A DNA stretch of 62,662 nt from Hydrolagus affinis (lineage: Eukaryota), in contig JAAILG010001717.1 of the NCBI GenBank assembly GCA_012026655.1, positions 1-62,662 of the forward strand. The letters run 5' to 3'. Below, in pieces: positions 12,767 to 25,940 of the stretch. Every line of letters starts with the position of its first letter. The stretch's first letter is position 1. The position numbers and the translations under genes were made by a program. The notes below the pieces were generated by a model that saw only the letters and a program-made list of their open reading frames with translations, was not told the DNA's origin and did no database searches.

Positions 12767-13079
12767 GTGGAATCCTGTAGCTCAGTGGTTAGAGCACTCA
12801 CCTCACAAGCGAGAGACCTGGATTTGATTCCCAGCAGGGAGAAACCTAGGGTAAGTTTCATTGCCTGCTCCACATGCCTAATAATAATTCCTCAATAAAA
12901 CATAAAATAATTTGGTCACTCAAATCATGGCTGTTTGTGGGACACTGCTGTGTGCAATTGACTACCGTGTTACGCCCACAAATATATTGTCAATTGACTT
13001 TACAGCATATTCAGTGAAGCGCTTCGAGACATCTAGAAGATGTGTTAAGGCGCTATATCAAATGCAAGGATTATTATTA
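12767..13079 (+). mobile_element. Full-length tRNA-derived SINE with L2-type tail
   Basis: gtggaatcctgTAGCTCAGTGGttagagc head, degenerate B box, family body, tail aaggcgctatatcaaatgcaagg(att)n. Confidence 0.9.
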
Positions 13080-13199
13080 CAGGTTTTCTGTAACAATACA
13101 AATTGACTGACAGCCTTTGACTTACGTACTATACCCTTAGTTTTGTCTGAGATGCAACAAAATGTCTCACCGCATTTATGATTATGAACGATAACTATC

Positions 13200-13390
13200 A
13201 AAAGCACTGTTCCTTGAAAAGTAAGAGTCAGAAGTTAGTGGGTTTAAGCAAAATATCAGAACTTGGAACACATAGAATTTAAGATGACACTCCAAAGAAG
13301 TGCTGGATGTGTGAAGCATTGGTAGAGGGACTGGCTTTTGGATGAGACTGAGATCCTGCCTACCTGTGTAGGTGGATGTTAAAGCTCACA
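13200..13390 (+). mobile_element. Deu-domain SINE relic
   Basis: gagtcagaag..gatgacactcc..ttttggatgagac..cctgcctacctg..ggtggatgttaaag, a degraded copy of the 3475 family. Confidence 0.5.
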
Positions 13391-15551
13391 AGTTTGGCAA
13401 CTTTTCTAAGCTTGTACCAAGAGGGACAATAATAATAATAATATTACAAATATAATAATAATATTATTATTATTATTATACTGTACAATTAATTAGCTGT
13501 ATATTTGTGGGTGAAATGGAGATCACCCCTTGGTTGAAGTCCAGTGAACTGTTCCTATGTGCAGACTGAGCTTTAGTCAAATAAGATTTCTGCATGTCCA
13601 TAACTACATGGCTCATTTTCCATCATTTACTTACGTAGTATTACTATCAGCACATTTTTTAAATAAATTGCAACAATGAAAATTTAGCACATTCTAAAAT
13701 TTAAAATAAAAGGTTAAACCTACCTTCAAACAAACCGGGCAAATTGATATTGCTCCAGTGAACTACGTGAGGCAATATTAATGTGTTTCTATTCATGATT
13801 AGATTACAAACTACTGTATTTACTTGTTAAAGTTTGGCAGAAAACACCAGTGCTAACAAGCTTGGTGTGGTATCATTTACCAGTGCTTCGCACCGATACC
13901 TTTCCACCTATAATTTACTCACAGGTGAGCTTTAGAATTCAGATGCTCCATTAGGCAGATGGCAAGTGCCCTTCCACAAGAGAATAGCTGCATTCAATGG
14001 TTGGAGATGAGCATCTTAGAGTAGATTGCACAGAGGCCCCAAGTTTAGTCTTACAAAGGGAATATAAGGATGGAGACCAGGATTATTTTTGTATTCAGGG
14101 GATAATTAATGACTGGAGTATATTACCAGGAAGGATGGTTAAAGCCAGACTCCTCGACTCATTTAAAAAAAAACTATGATTCTGTATTCGGAGGATAGGA
14201 GAGTGAGTATTCTCTAAACATGAGATCAAATGGGACAATGGTCTTTCTTCATTCAAACCTCTATTTTGAGCATGGGATCCAATGTCTCAGATACAGGATT
14301 GCTTTTATGCTCAGGACACCTGGATAGCAAGCAAGAGCATTTTAATGAATAGAAAATGTTCCTGTTTCACTGCAGTGCTGTACATTGTTAAACTGTTAAC
14401 GAAGCCTAGCAAGAAAGTATTTTTCAGCATGCTCTGCAAGTTTCCTAACTATGTTGAAAATGTTGATTTCATGTAAGTCTACTGGATAATTAGAGCTCAA
14501 GAAACCTTCGATCTTTTAACAGGTACATCCACTGTGTTTAGGAAATATCATCCAAATGAGAAGAAAGCTTCAAATTTGCCTCAAGCAAAATGTATTCTTT
14601 GATCTTCCTAGCAAATTAATTAATTAAATTAGAGACTAGAAATTTAAATCATAGAATAAATAATTAAAGATAATATTATTAAAACATTGGAAGGGTTATC
14701 AAGAAAATGATCGTTGAGAGGTCCCGTGGTAAAGTTTTCATATTTTTCATTTCCAAATGCCTATGACACTGGATTCATTTCCTAACAGAGCAGATATTTT
14801 GCATATTCATAGAATTTAACTGTGCCATGATAACACTCTGTGATGCCTGTTAAGTTGACACAGTATTTTTCATTCAAAGATCAAAGAAATTTCCAGGCTA
14901 TAGAGAAGATTTTGTAATTGTTAAACTAAAATTATCCTTCAAAAGTATAATACAGAACAGGTTGAGAAATCACTGTGCTATAATATCTACTATAATGTAC
15001 AATGCGAGGAGGAGAATAGATTGAAAAGAATCTGCAAGCTGAATACAAATAGAAGGTATCTACTTCAGAGGGAGAGAACTAGAAAAATGGTCTCCAGGTG
15101 CTGGATTCAATTGGAAGAGAAGTAGACAAGGAACTCTAGGACTTTTTTTTATAGTTCAGAGGCTAATGTTAATGAACACAACAGGGTTTATGAATAGGGG
15201 CAGAGTGCTCGCGGAATAGTTTGATGAATGGTTTCCTACTCTCGTTGGTATTCCTAGTCCTGAAAAATCTGGCATAAAAACTAATATCAGGAACAGGAAA
15301 ACCAGATCAACAACAATTTAAATGTACATAGCATCTTTCTTGTAGGGGCAATGCCTCAAAATGTCTCATACAGCTGATTGGGAGCCAAAACTCAGAGGGA
15401 AATCGGCCAAATATAGGCAAAGTGAGAGTTCCTAAGGAGGGTTTTAAAGGTTTCAGGTTAAAGTTGCAGGAGCAAGAAACAAATGGGGATGGAGAGTCAA
15501 TGGGGTTGATTGGGGGAAGTGGGTAATGCATTTGTTGTTCCTGGAATGGAG

Positions 15552-15553
<2 letters not shown>

Positions 15554-15585
<32 letters not shown>

Positions 15586-15877
15586 TTCCTTGCATTTGGT
15601 ATTGTGCTTTTCACTTCCTGTAGCAAAGTGCTTCACAGAATATACAGTCAAGTGAATTGACTATTTTTTTTGTGTGGGCGACATTCAGCAGCAAATTGCA
15701 CACAGCAGTGTCTCACAAGCAGTCGTGGATTGAAATTACCATTTTTTTTTGTGTGGGGGATTATTATCAGGCATGTGGAATAAGGAAACTTGCCCAAGGT
15801 TTTGCCCTGCCTGGAATTGAACCCAGATCTCTCACTTGCAAGGCGAGTGCTCTAACCACTGAGCAACAGGGCTCCAC
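15554..15877 (-). mobile_element. Full-length tRNA-derived SINE with (TTA)n tail
   Basis: Head, body and tail all match 12767-13079. (TAA)n on the plus strand starts at 15554. Confidence 0.9.
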
Positions 15878-17059
15878 AAGGATGGAGGACAGTTGAGACT
15901 GTTCACTAGATTATCTTGTTGAATCCTTGTTACATGTATTGACTGCATATTTTGTGGGTGAAATGAATAACAATATTCAGAAGACAACTAATTGTGAATT
16001 CTGAAGGCTGGTAAAGTTTGAATAAAGACCACACATTGGGGATGACTTCTATCAGATAGGTACTAATAATTATCCTATTCTGACTGTACAACACACAAAG
16101 GCCTGATGTGAAAATCAAATGTCTCACATTCTTCTGCAAGATCTCAGAATTCCTTCCTCTGAAGCTGGACTTGTGCCTTTGCCACATTTATAAACCTACT
16201 TATTCATTAATGTACTTGATCTGTATGAAGTTGTGGTTCAACCAAAAAAGCATTAATGTATTTAAGAAAGCACTTGATGAATTCACGAGGCAGTAGGGAA
16301 TAGATGAATGTAGGAGACAGTTTAAGAGGTGTGGAGGTTTGTGTGGAGTATAAACACCGGCATGTACTAGTTGGTCTGAATGGCCTATTTCAATAACATA
16401 TCCATTTAACTCTATACATCTCTATGAATCAGTGATCATTGAAGGTAATTCCTTGTGGGAGGCAATTCTGTTATTAAAGCAATGCATGGCATCCCATTTC
16501 TCATGCTTGGCAGTCCAGAACGGTTCATGTGGGTATGAAGCACACAAAGGATAGCAAATGCACTTTTTTATGATCCGAGTCATACCTAGCCCATAGTTTC
16601 TGAAAATCTCACACATTCGCTCTGCAAGATTTGTTTCTAGAAGCAGATATATTTTGGGACAGAGTTATATTTCGGTGTTTCTTGTAAAAATGCTTTTTTC
16701 TAAGAAATTCGAAAGTGGTGTTGTGGAAATAGAAGTATGAGCCTGTCACTTGTCACTGGGTAGATCACTTTATCATCGAGCAGTCATACAGCCAGGGAGA
16801 ATGTCTCTTGAATTCCAAGTGTTGGTCATGGAGCCCATGCCCTCAAGGAATTTGAATCAAAGCCTTCATTCTGACTTTTCCAACAGCTTTATTGCACCAT
16901 CATGTCAAACTCTGATTGCAATAACACTTTAATGGTATTTTATGAGCAACTGTGCTTCTGTGAACACTTCCCTGGAGGAGCACCATTCAAGAAACTTTGT
17001 TTTTTTTTAAAAAAAGCTTCCATTCTTCATTCCGGAGACAGGAAAACTTAAAAGAGCAT

Positions 17060-17410
17060 TTTACAAGAAGTGAAACAGGCAATCCCATTCATAGCTGGTA
17101 ATAAATCCCTTGGTGTAGAAAGGCTAAATGCTCATTTCTTTATATCTATGCTGACACAGATAAACCCACTTTTGTTGGAGGTTTTCAATCATGCCGTCAA
17201 AGGAGTCAAGCTCCCTACAGCCATGAATCTTATACTTATCACTTGTATGCAGCAGAAAGCAAAGAATTATCTTTGTGGTTAATATAGGCCCATAGGCTTA
17301 ATCGATAATTATTTCTAAATATCGGGCAAACTGTTATTCCCCCTGACTGCAAGATGTTTCTGTGCGTAGTGAAATGCTTGGTGAAACCTGCCTAGTAGAT
17401 CAGACTGCAT
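17060..17410 (+). mobile_element. Old L1/Tx1-clade LINE RT fragment
   Basis: KQAI..GNKSLGVERLNAHFF..INPLLLEVFN..KLPTAMNLILIT..CG*YRPIGLI, a degenerate version of the KSPGPDG..YRPISL region. Confidence 0.65.
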
Positions 17411-17754
17411 GTCTGCAACCTTCAATTAATGCCAGTCCCAACAATACATTAAAGCAAAAGGAAACTCCAAGGGGAATATTTTGCATTCAAAGAGCTCTCT
17501 CATCTCCAACGGAAAGAAATAATTCTAAGTACAGCAGCGTTATTTTAATTTCCTTGAATTCTGGAGATACCATGCCAGGACTTGTCTGTTCCTCTGATGC
17601 CAACAATGGGATGAGCCCTGGAGTGAGTATTTATTTCAAGGGAATAATTCAGGGTTTCTACTTAAATGCTAACCATCCACAATGCATGGATTAAAGGTAG
17701 AATATTGGTGTTATGATTCCTAATTTGGATGATTGTATGTATTTTTATGCAATT

Positions 17755-18060
17755 GGCAGGGCGAATGCTTAGGCATGTGTCCTTACTGCACACACCTCTG
17801 TTTACCTCATATTACATAGGAACTCAGTTGTTAGACAATTGGCAGATTGCTTAATGGGGCTAATAATCCTTTCAAAAAATGATAATAGAAGCAATTTGGC
17901 CACTCAATCCACATCTGTTTGTGAGACACTGTTGTGCCCAATTGGCTGATGTGTTTCGCCCACAAAATATACTGTCAATTCACTTTATTCTGTGAAGAGC
18001 TGTGAGTTGCCACAACAACGTGATAATATCTAATGCAAGGATAATAATAATATTATTAAT
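17755..18060 (+). mobile_element. tRNA-SINE (5'-truncated, longer-middle variant)
   Basis: Family body and tail. The extra central segment (cctctgtttacct..taggaac..cag) is also present at 30683-30750. Confidence 0.75.
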
Positions 18061-18779
18061 TAGTATGTCATAGCATATTGGAGGACAAAATCTTGTCACT
18101 AGTACTATTTTTTCAAGAACCTTTTTTTTACCTGCCATGTGCCACTTTCTTTTACATCTTTTAGAATGTACTTTGGTAGCGATACATTACAGTAGAAACT
18201 TAGGTTCAAATTGTGGCTGATGCTAAAAATAAAGGATCAGTTAACAGGAAAATGAAAAGAGGAATATTATACATTCTATAAAGATGTAAAAATATGCGTC
18301 CTACTATCAAGAACCTGCTCCTCCACTTCAAAGAGCTCTGCTTTTCATAAAAGTTTTCATGAAAATTATCAAAACTACTTTTGTGAGACAAAAAGGAAAC
18401 GAGCTTTGTGTCATTTTCATTTGTAATTTGTGGGCTGAGGTGCTTCATTGTGATTTGCATCATTTTGTTATGCGTTCGCAAGCAACTGGCAAACGATTTG
18501 TCCGACACTGTTTCACAAACACCAAAAATGGGAAAGAAATGTAAGGTGTGTCCGAGGGCTCTGGTTAAGCTGAAGAAAAGAACAGGGACTATCGGAAAGA
18601 TGAGGTTGGTTGAAATTTGATGGACTCAGATTTGATGAGCTAACAATAGTAATAATAATAATAATCATCATCATCATCATCATCATTGCATTTGTTATAG
18701 CGTTGCATCATATCATTAAACATTCCAAAGAGTATCACAGGTATTACTCTAAAATGCATTGACTGTACATTTCGAATGT

Positions 18780-19315
18780 GCAACAACAACAACAAAATTA
18801 CATATGTGTAGTGCCTTTCATGTCAGAAGGACTTCAGTGTTTCAGACCCGAGCAGGAGTTGGGTTCGGGGAGTTGTGGAGGGAATGGATGGGAAGCGGGG
18901 TGACTGATGGCACTGTCGAAGAAGAGGGCCCTGAGGCAGGACTGGAAGGAGGCTAGGGAGCGGTGAGTCGGGATGGAATTAGAGGCTAGAGGCAGGTGGA
19001 GGGATTGTGCAATGGAATTTCAGAGGTTGGCTGAAGACTTGCTCGCCGATGATGGGACGGGTGGGTCAGACATGGAGCAGGCCGAAGCCCGCTGAGCAGA
19101 GGGAGCAGATAGATTGGTAGGGGATTAGGAGGTCGCAGAGGTAAGGTGGGGCAAGGCCATGGAGGGCTTTAAAGGTGAGGACCAGGATCTTGAATTGAAT
19201 CCTCTAAATAATGGGGAGCCCATGGTGTCGGCGAGAATGGGGGAGATGGGGTCGTGGAGCTTGGTGTGGCAGAGGACACGGGCTGCAGAGTTCTGGATGA
19301 TCTGTAGCCTATGGA
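18780..19315 (-). mobile_element. L2 3' fragment
   Basis: HRLQIIQNSAARVLCHTKLHDPISPILA on the minus strand, with the (TTG)n tail near 18781. Confidence 0.85.
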
Positions 19316-19347
19316 GAAACAATACAATATAAATTTGCATTCATATA

Positions 19348-20057
19348 CAGTAGAAGCCCGTTTATCCGTGACTCGATGCACCGACACTTCCGTATAACTT
19401 GCACGCCAAAAAAAAGTCACCATTCGATGAACCGGAATGTATCCAGAACAATAGCAGTGGAGCATTTGTAAATGCATAAATAATAACAGAACAACAGAAT
19501 ATTGCATTGGCACTCACCGTCAAAACCACTCTCCCATGCCGCCCACCCCCGCTGGTAGATGCTGCGCTTGAAGCCATGATGCTGCAGTTGAGGTTTGCAG
19601 TCCAGCGACTCCCCCCAAAATGGAGCACGCCAAGCGGGTGAAAAAAATGGAGCACGTTTGACTTTAAAGTCATACTAGATAACCCACATTGTCGCGCAGG
19701 TGCAGTATTTTGGTTTGCTGCTAGTAGAGTCTAGGGCTTCGGCTTGCAGCTAGTAAAGTCGCGCGACTTTAAAATCGCGCTGCCGCCTTTTTCACCCGCC
19801 TGGCGCCCTCGATTCAAAAAAGAATTACTGAACTGCAAACCCCAACCAGCAAATGTGAGAAGCGCAAGAAAGCAGCCCCAACAACAAGCACCAACACAAC
19901 ATTCTCCAACTATCTGCTATTACCTAGTCTGGTGTGTATGGTGTGTGTTAACAGAACCTTAATTTTTCTGTAGTAGGTTTTCAGCCGCGGGCCACCCAAA
20001 TATCCGGCAGGCGCTTTAACCGGCATTGGCGGTTGCCAGATAAACGGGCTTCTACTG
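19348..20057. mobile_element. Tigger/pogo-like (Tc1-mariner superfamily) MITE, copy 1, 710 bp
   Basis: TIRs CAGTAGAAGCCCGTTTATC...GATAAACGGGCTTCTACTG with a TA duplication. Removing the element restores an L2 tail (ttgcattcatatagtgcct). Confidence 0.9.
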
Positions 20058-20919
20058 TAGTGCCTATCATGTTGCTTTAACAATAATGGCTTGACACTAA
20101 AGCTAGGATAAGATGCGAAAATGTGCACAGTGCTGGAGAACACCCTGAAGAGAGAGATTGAGAGAGTCAGCGTGATGTTCTATGAGGGACTTATAGAACA
20201 TCCAAAAATAGATTAGTCTGACTACAATATATTTGGAATTTAAAAAGTGTGTGGCCAGTGGGTGGGGGAGTGGGGGTGGGGGGGTGGGGGGGCAAATAAA
20301 AATATATACTTCCTCAAAATACAAATTGAGGAATGTCCTTGATCATTTTAATCCTTGGAGATTAAATTGGAATAAAATCAAAATCAATAAATAATAGAGC
20401 TTTGACGACAATTATATTCACATCTAAATTGAAATGTAACACAATGTGAGAAATGACTATAGGCTTAGAATTGGGAATAACACAAGATTGATGGGTTTTA
20501 ACGATTTATTCAATTTTATTTGTTGTAAACTTTACCCACCTCTGTAAATATCACTCCCCTGGGATTCAGAGACCCTCATCCATGTTTTTATCAACTCCAG
20601 GCTTAATTAATGTCCTGCTCACTAGACTTCCCAGCCCCTCCTACACCAGCTGTAGACCTTTATAGTCTGCCAACAAAATACATTTTCCGGATTGAATATG
20701 TCTTGATCTATGCCATAAATGAAGAAATATTCAATCAAGAAAAAAACATATTACCAATTGAAAACAGACTTGGGCGAATATTGTGGTGGGGAGTGGGGGG
20801 GTGGGGGGGGGTGGGGTTGGTTGGGAGGAGGGGTGAGGGAGGAGTGGGGATGGCTCTTGATGGCCCTAAAGGCCCCGAGGACCCAAGAGTCATAGGTTGG
20901 CAATCACTGTTGTATACCA

Positions 20920-21375
20920 TCCAGAAATCTACAACATGTGTCCTCTCCTACGTTAGGCTTCATCAGCCCATTTCCTCCATATTCCCTCTGCTCCATTGAC
21001 TTCCTATCCTTCATTGAACTCTCCTTACTTTCAAATGCCTCCACTATCTCACTTGACCTGACCTCTATGACATCATGTAACTCTGCTGTCCTGACCGCGC
21101 TCTCTGCTTAGTCAGCTTCATAACCTGCTTCAGGAACTGATCCACTCTGCCCCACCATCAGGTGGTGTGCTTTCTGCCCTGGTTCTCTGGAACTCCATTC
21201 TTAACTTCCCTCACCATGTTCAAGACAACACAAAACTTAAAGCTTCAACTGTGCTTTGCTCCATCTTCCCCCACCCCTCTCCTCAGCTATCTCCCCAACC
21301 CAAACTTGATCTTAAAGTCAGTCTGAGGTGTTTTGAGACATCCTCCCACTGCGAAGAGTACTATGTAGATTGTCG
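20920..21375 (+). mobile_element. Degraded L2 3' fragment
   Basis: atccagaaatct..cccatttcc..ctccattgacttcc..ctctggaactcc, ending in an L2-type tail. Confidence 0.6.
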
Positions 21376-21519
21376 CTGTTATAATTTTAATAACTTACTA
21401 TATTTGCTGAACAGTTGAAACAGCCAAAAATGTGTAATTGATCCCTAGCTACAATGATAACCCTTAAGAACCAGCTTCAGATTGTTCTGGTAAGAGAAAG
21501 GAAAGTATTAAGAAGGATT

Positions 21520-21740
21520 GGGAGATGACATCAGTTAAAATGCAATCCTTTCATCTCAGGGACCTGAGTTCAAATCCATTCCAGATTGTTGTGATTCAAG
21601 TGTCTCTGCCAGCTCTCAACATCCTATGTGAATGAATTTGGAGTAAGAACAGAATTCCCAATGGATATGAGACCCTAGCATACAATGTCTCAGTATTCAA
21701 CACTAAATGGCAGTAAATTGACAATCTCATTTAGACACAA
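21520..21740 (+). mobile_element. LF-SINE-like relic
   Basis: cctttcatctcagggacctgagttcaaatcc..cctatgtgaatgaatttgg..ttcccaatgga..cactaaatggca..caatctca follows the order of the recalled LF-SINE consensus. Confidence 0.5.
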
Positions 21741-22089
21741 CAACAACAATGACAAGTTATATTTGTATAGAGCCTTTTAGGTTGGGAGGACGTTCCAAGG
21801 TTCTGGACAGTCGTGGATTTGGATCTCAGCTAGAGATCATACAATGCCAAATAGAACAAAGTACAATAGGTTAAAAAGAAATTTTTCTGTGTACTTTTCT
21901 TTCATTTCTTGGGATGCAGAAAAGAGAGAATTAAAGTGCATCTGCCCTATGATATATCAGAATTGGGAACCCTTAATGCCAATATTGGGTAAAAAAAAGA
22001 ACAATTTAGAAAAGAGTAAAGAGGAAAAGATATGTGGAAAAGATGGACAAGTTTAAAACTTAGGTAAGTAAAAGGGCAGGAAGAAAAGC

Positions 22090-22199
22090 ACTTATATAAC
22101 ACTTCACAGGGTACACCGTAAAGTGTGACTGTACCATTTGGTGAATGAAGCAGTCAATTTGCAGATAGTCATATCCCACAAAAAGCCATGAAGTGAATG

Positions 22200-22270
<71 letters not shown>

Positions 22271-22545
22271 CTTACATTTATCAACTTTATCAAAAGGATT
22301 GTTGGCCAGGATACTGGGAGGAACTCCCTTCTCTTCAAATAATGCTATAGAATCTTTCATGTCCATCTAAACAGGTAGATAGGATCTTGCTTCAACATTT
22401 CCACTGAAGGATAGCACCTTCAACATTGTAGCACACCCTCAGAACTGCACTCCAGTGTCAGCCTAGACTATGAGTACTAAGTCTCAATATGGGGCTTGAA
22501 TCCAAAACCTTCTGATACAAGAGGCAAGAGTGCTAGCAACTGACT
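22090..22545 (-). mobile_element. Near full-length Deu-domain SINE interrupted by a (TCAA)n insertion
   Basis: Minus strand: tRNA-like head, aggctgacactggagtgcagttctgagggtgtgctacaatgttgaaggtgc (Deu core), aagattctatagcattatttgaagag..cagtatcctggccaa. Confidence 0.7.
22201..22268. repeat. (TCAA)17 microsatellite
   Basis: Perfect tetranucleotide run. Confidence 0.97.
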
Positions 22546-22935
22546 TTCAAGTTGGAACCTTGTGTTGGGAGAACATCTCAAAATACATTATGGAACGGGA
22601 GCTGAGCTGTGATAGGGGAGGAGACAGGGAAGAGGTGGTAGAGGCAACGGCACAGTCAAGACTCATCTTTAGAAGGGATGGAAAGTATAGAGGGAGTGGG
22701 TGAGAAATATTGTACAGATACAACTTGATTCTCAAACAAAATCTCCACAATATTAATCTATTCCCAAATACAACAATAAACTTCACAACAAAATTACATT
22801 TATAGAGTGCCTTTCACGTTGAGAGGACATCCCAAGGCACTGAAATAGCCAGTATACAACCTTGAAATAGCCAGTATACAAAACTCAAACCTCTCTCCCT
22901 CTGAACACGCTGCACTCCACTTCCCCCAGCCTAGC

Positions 22936-25900
22936 AGCACAGAAACTTTTCTAGGAATGCTTACCTTGAAGAAATTCTGCTCTTCTCTTCGACGTGACTT
23001 TTGTTCCTCCCTTCTACCCTGCTCCCCTTCCCTACTAACTGCTTCCCTCCTTGTGTTTGATTGTTTGTTCTTCAAAACCATTTCCACAGCCACATTCCTC
23101 AGCAACTGCCTTAGACTGCAATTGATCCCACATGGCTTCTGCCTTAAATTCCACCCCTCCAGCTTTCAATCCACCAGGATCACAGATACCTCTGTGAAAC
23201 TCAACACTCCTCCGATCACTGCTCTCATCGCCTCATCAGATCCACTCTCTCCAGTATGCAACGTCATATACATACACTCGACCTCTCCCTTCAGCAACAC
23301 TGATCCAGTTTATTTCAAGTCTGCCCTCGTCCTCAACTCTACTTCGTCTATCGCCTCATTCACCGCCTCAACAAAAAACTGTTCCTCTTCCTTTCTGACG
23401 GCAAGGACCACAAACTCCAGCAACTGTTGGATGCCAATCCACCTTCTGCACCCTCCATTTCTCTGCCTTCATCTGACCCTACATCTCCCCCCAATCCCAC
23501 CCCCTGCCGTATCTTCACCATTCCCTCTGACCTTCCACTTTCCGATCCGGAACGATTCATTCTCAGTAAGAGTCTCAGCTTCATTCCCTTACGCCCACAC
23601 CTCAATGAATTCCGATCCCAGCATGATTCCGAGCTCTTGTTCCGTCGCCTTCGCCTCCGTACTCATTTCTTTGGCCAGGATGCCTCCCCCCGGACATCAG
23701 ACCCCTTCTCCCATCTCCAAAAGTCCCACTCCACTTGGACCCTACACCCTGGTTCCCTACCCTCCCTCGACTTATTCATTGAAAACTGCCGGCGCGACAT
23801 CAGCCGTATCCAATTCTGCACACCCCTCTCCCACTCAAACCTCTCTCCCTCTGAACGCACTGCACTCCACTCCCTCAGGACCAACCCTGATTTCATCAGC
23901 AAACCAGCTGACAAGGGTGGTGCTGTTGTTGTCTGGCGAAAGGACCTCTACCTGACAGAAGCCAAACGCCAGCTCTCTGACAACTCTGCCTACCTTCCAC
24001 TCAACCATGATCCCACAGCTAAACACCAAGGCTACCATCACTGAGGTAGTCAATAACCTCATCTCCGCTGGTGACCTTCCTCCTACTGCCTCCAACCTTA
24101 TACCCACCCAACCCCGCACAGCCCGCCTACACTTTCTCCCCACGATACACAAACAGGACTGTCCTGGCAGACCTATTGTCTCAGCCTGCTCCTGTGCCAC
24201 TGAATTAATTTCATCATATCTAGACTCCATTTTTGTTCCCCTCGTCCAATCCCTACCCACCTATATCTGTGACTCGTCGGATGCCCTCCGACACTTTGAC
24301 AATTTCCGGTTCCACAGTCCTGAAGTCTCCTTTTCACAATGGACGTTCAGTCCCTCTACACCTCCATCCCCCACAAGGACGGCCTGCAGGCCCTCCATTT
24401 TCACCTTGATAAACAACAAGATAAATCTCCATCCCCCACCACCCTCCTCTGCCTGGCTGAACTTGTTCTGACATTGAACCACTTCACTTCTATCTCCAAC
24501 CACTTCCTCCAGGTAAAAGGCGTCGCAATGGGAACCCACATGGGTCCTAGCTACGCCTGCCTGTTTGTTTGCCACCTGCCATACTCCTTGTTCCAGTCCT
24601 TCTCAGGCCCGCTCCCAAACTTGTTCCTCAGGTACATTGATGACTGTGTCGGGGCTGTCTCCTGCTCTCGCAGTGAGCTAAGGCATTTGTAAACTTTGCC
24701 TCCACCTTCCACCCCTCCATAAAATTTACATGGACCATCTCTCATACTTCCCTTCCTCGACTTCACCATCTCTACATCAGGCAACTGCCTGACAACAGAC
24801 ATCTTTTACAAATCCACTAACTCCAACAGCTACCTTCACTACACCTCATCCCACCCGGCCTCTTGCAAAGATGCCATTCCCTTTTCCCAGTTCCTCTGCC
24901 TCTGCCACATCTGCTCTGACGATGTAACATTTCACACCAGAGCGACTGAGATGTCTGCATTTTACCTCGACCGAGGATTCCCACCAACCACGGTAGCAAA
25001 GTCCCTTGACCGTGTCCGTCCGATTTCCCGCACCTCCACCGTCACCCCTTCCCCACCATTGCGGAATCTTGATAGGTCCTCACTTACCACCCTACCAGCC
25101 TCACTATTCAACACATCATCCATAGAAAACTTCCGTCACCTGCAACATGACCCATCCACCAAGGATATATTTCCCTCCCCTCTCCGCATTCCGAAGGGAC
25201 CGTTCCCTCCGGGATCCTTTGGTCCACTCCGCTGTCAGCACTACCAGCTGTTCTGCTTCCTCTGGCACCTTCCCGTGCCAGCGCAGGAGATGTAATACCT
25301 GTCTTTTCACCTCCACCCAAACCACTCTCCAGGGACCAAAACACAGCTTCCATGTGAGACAGCGGTTCACATGTACTACCACCAATGTAATATACTGCAA
25401 CGCTGCTCACGGTGTGGTCTCCTCTACATTGGGGAGACTAAGTGCAGATTGGGAGACCAATTTGCAGAGCATCTTCGCTCTGGACGGAAGGTCAACCCTG
25501 ATCTTCCAGTCTCCCTCCATTTCAACTTGCGCTCACATTCAGAGGCTGATCTTTTGATCCATGGTCTCCTGCGCTGTTCCAATGACCCACAATGAAAGCT
25601 TGAGGAACAGCACCTCATCTATCTCCTGGGGACACTACAGCCGTCTGGCCTTAACCTTGATTTCAGCCATTTCAGGCCTTAGGAGTTTCCCCCCACCCAC
25701 CATCAGAATCATAACTCCAGATACCCCTTTTTCTCTGGTGTTTTGTTTGTTCTATCACCACTAAACACCTCTTCTCCCCAGTTTCGTTTAAACCCACCCC
25801 CTCTGTTTCTCCCCCTGAAGTCGTTAACACATATTCAACCCATCAGTTAACACACTCTTTTTTCCCTTTTCCTTTGTCTTCTTTGTCTCTTTCGTCTTCC

Positions 25901-25940
25901 CTGTCCTGCCTCTCCAAAAACTTTTGTTAGCACAGAAACT
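22936..25940 (+). mobile_element. Penelope-like retroelement (RT plus GIY-YIG endonuclease), near full length, inactivated
   Basis: Frameshifted ORF pieces: ISKPADKGGAVVVW, GRPIVS, MDVQSLYTSIPH, GVAMGTHMGPSYACLF, FLRYIDD, then CxxxxCNTC and NVIY..CSRCGLLYIGETKCRLGDQFAEHLRS (GIY-YIG). A 12-bp direct repeat agcacagaaact sits at both ends. Confidence 0.93.

Noticed and set aside
12767-12845. tRNA-like sequences at SINE heads (also 15877, 29313, 30583, 32440, 44177)
   Set aside because: A/B boxes are present, but each continues into the SINE body and lacks a proper acceptor stem. Not tRNA genes.
13428-13480. (AAT)n/(ATT)n inverted tract
   Set aside because: Simple-repeat palindrome with no other supporting feature.
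20258-20850. G-rich tracts with G-quadruplex potential (also 31625-31668)
   Set aside because: Low-complexity poly-G tracts are common and have no functional context here.
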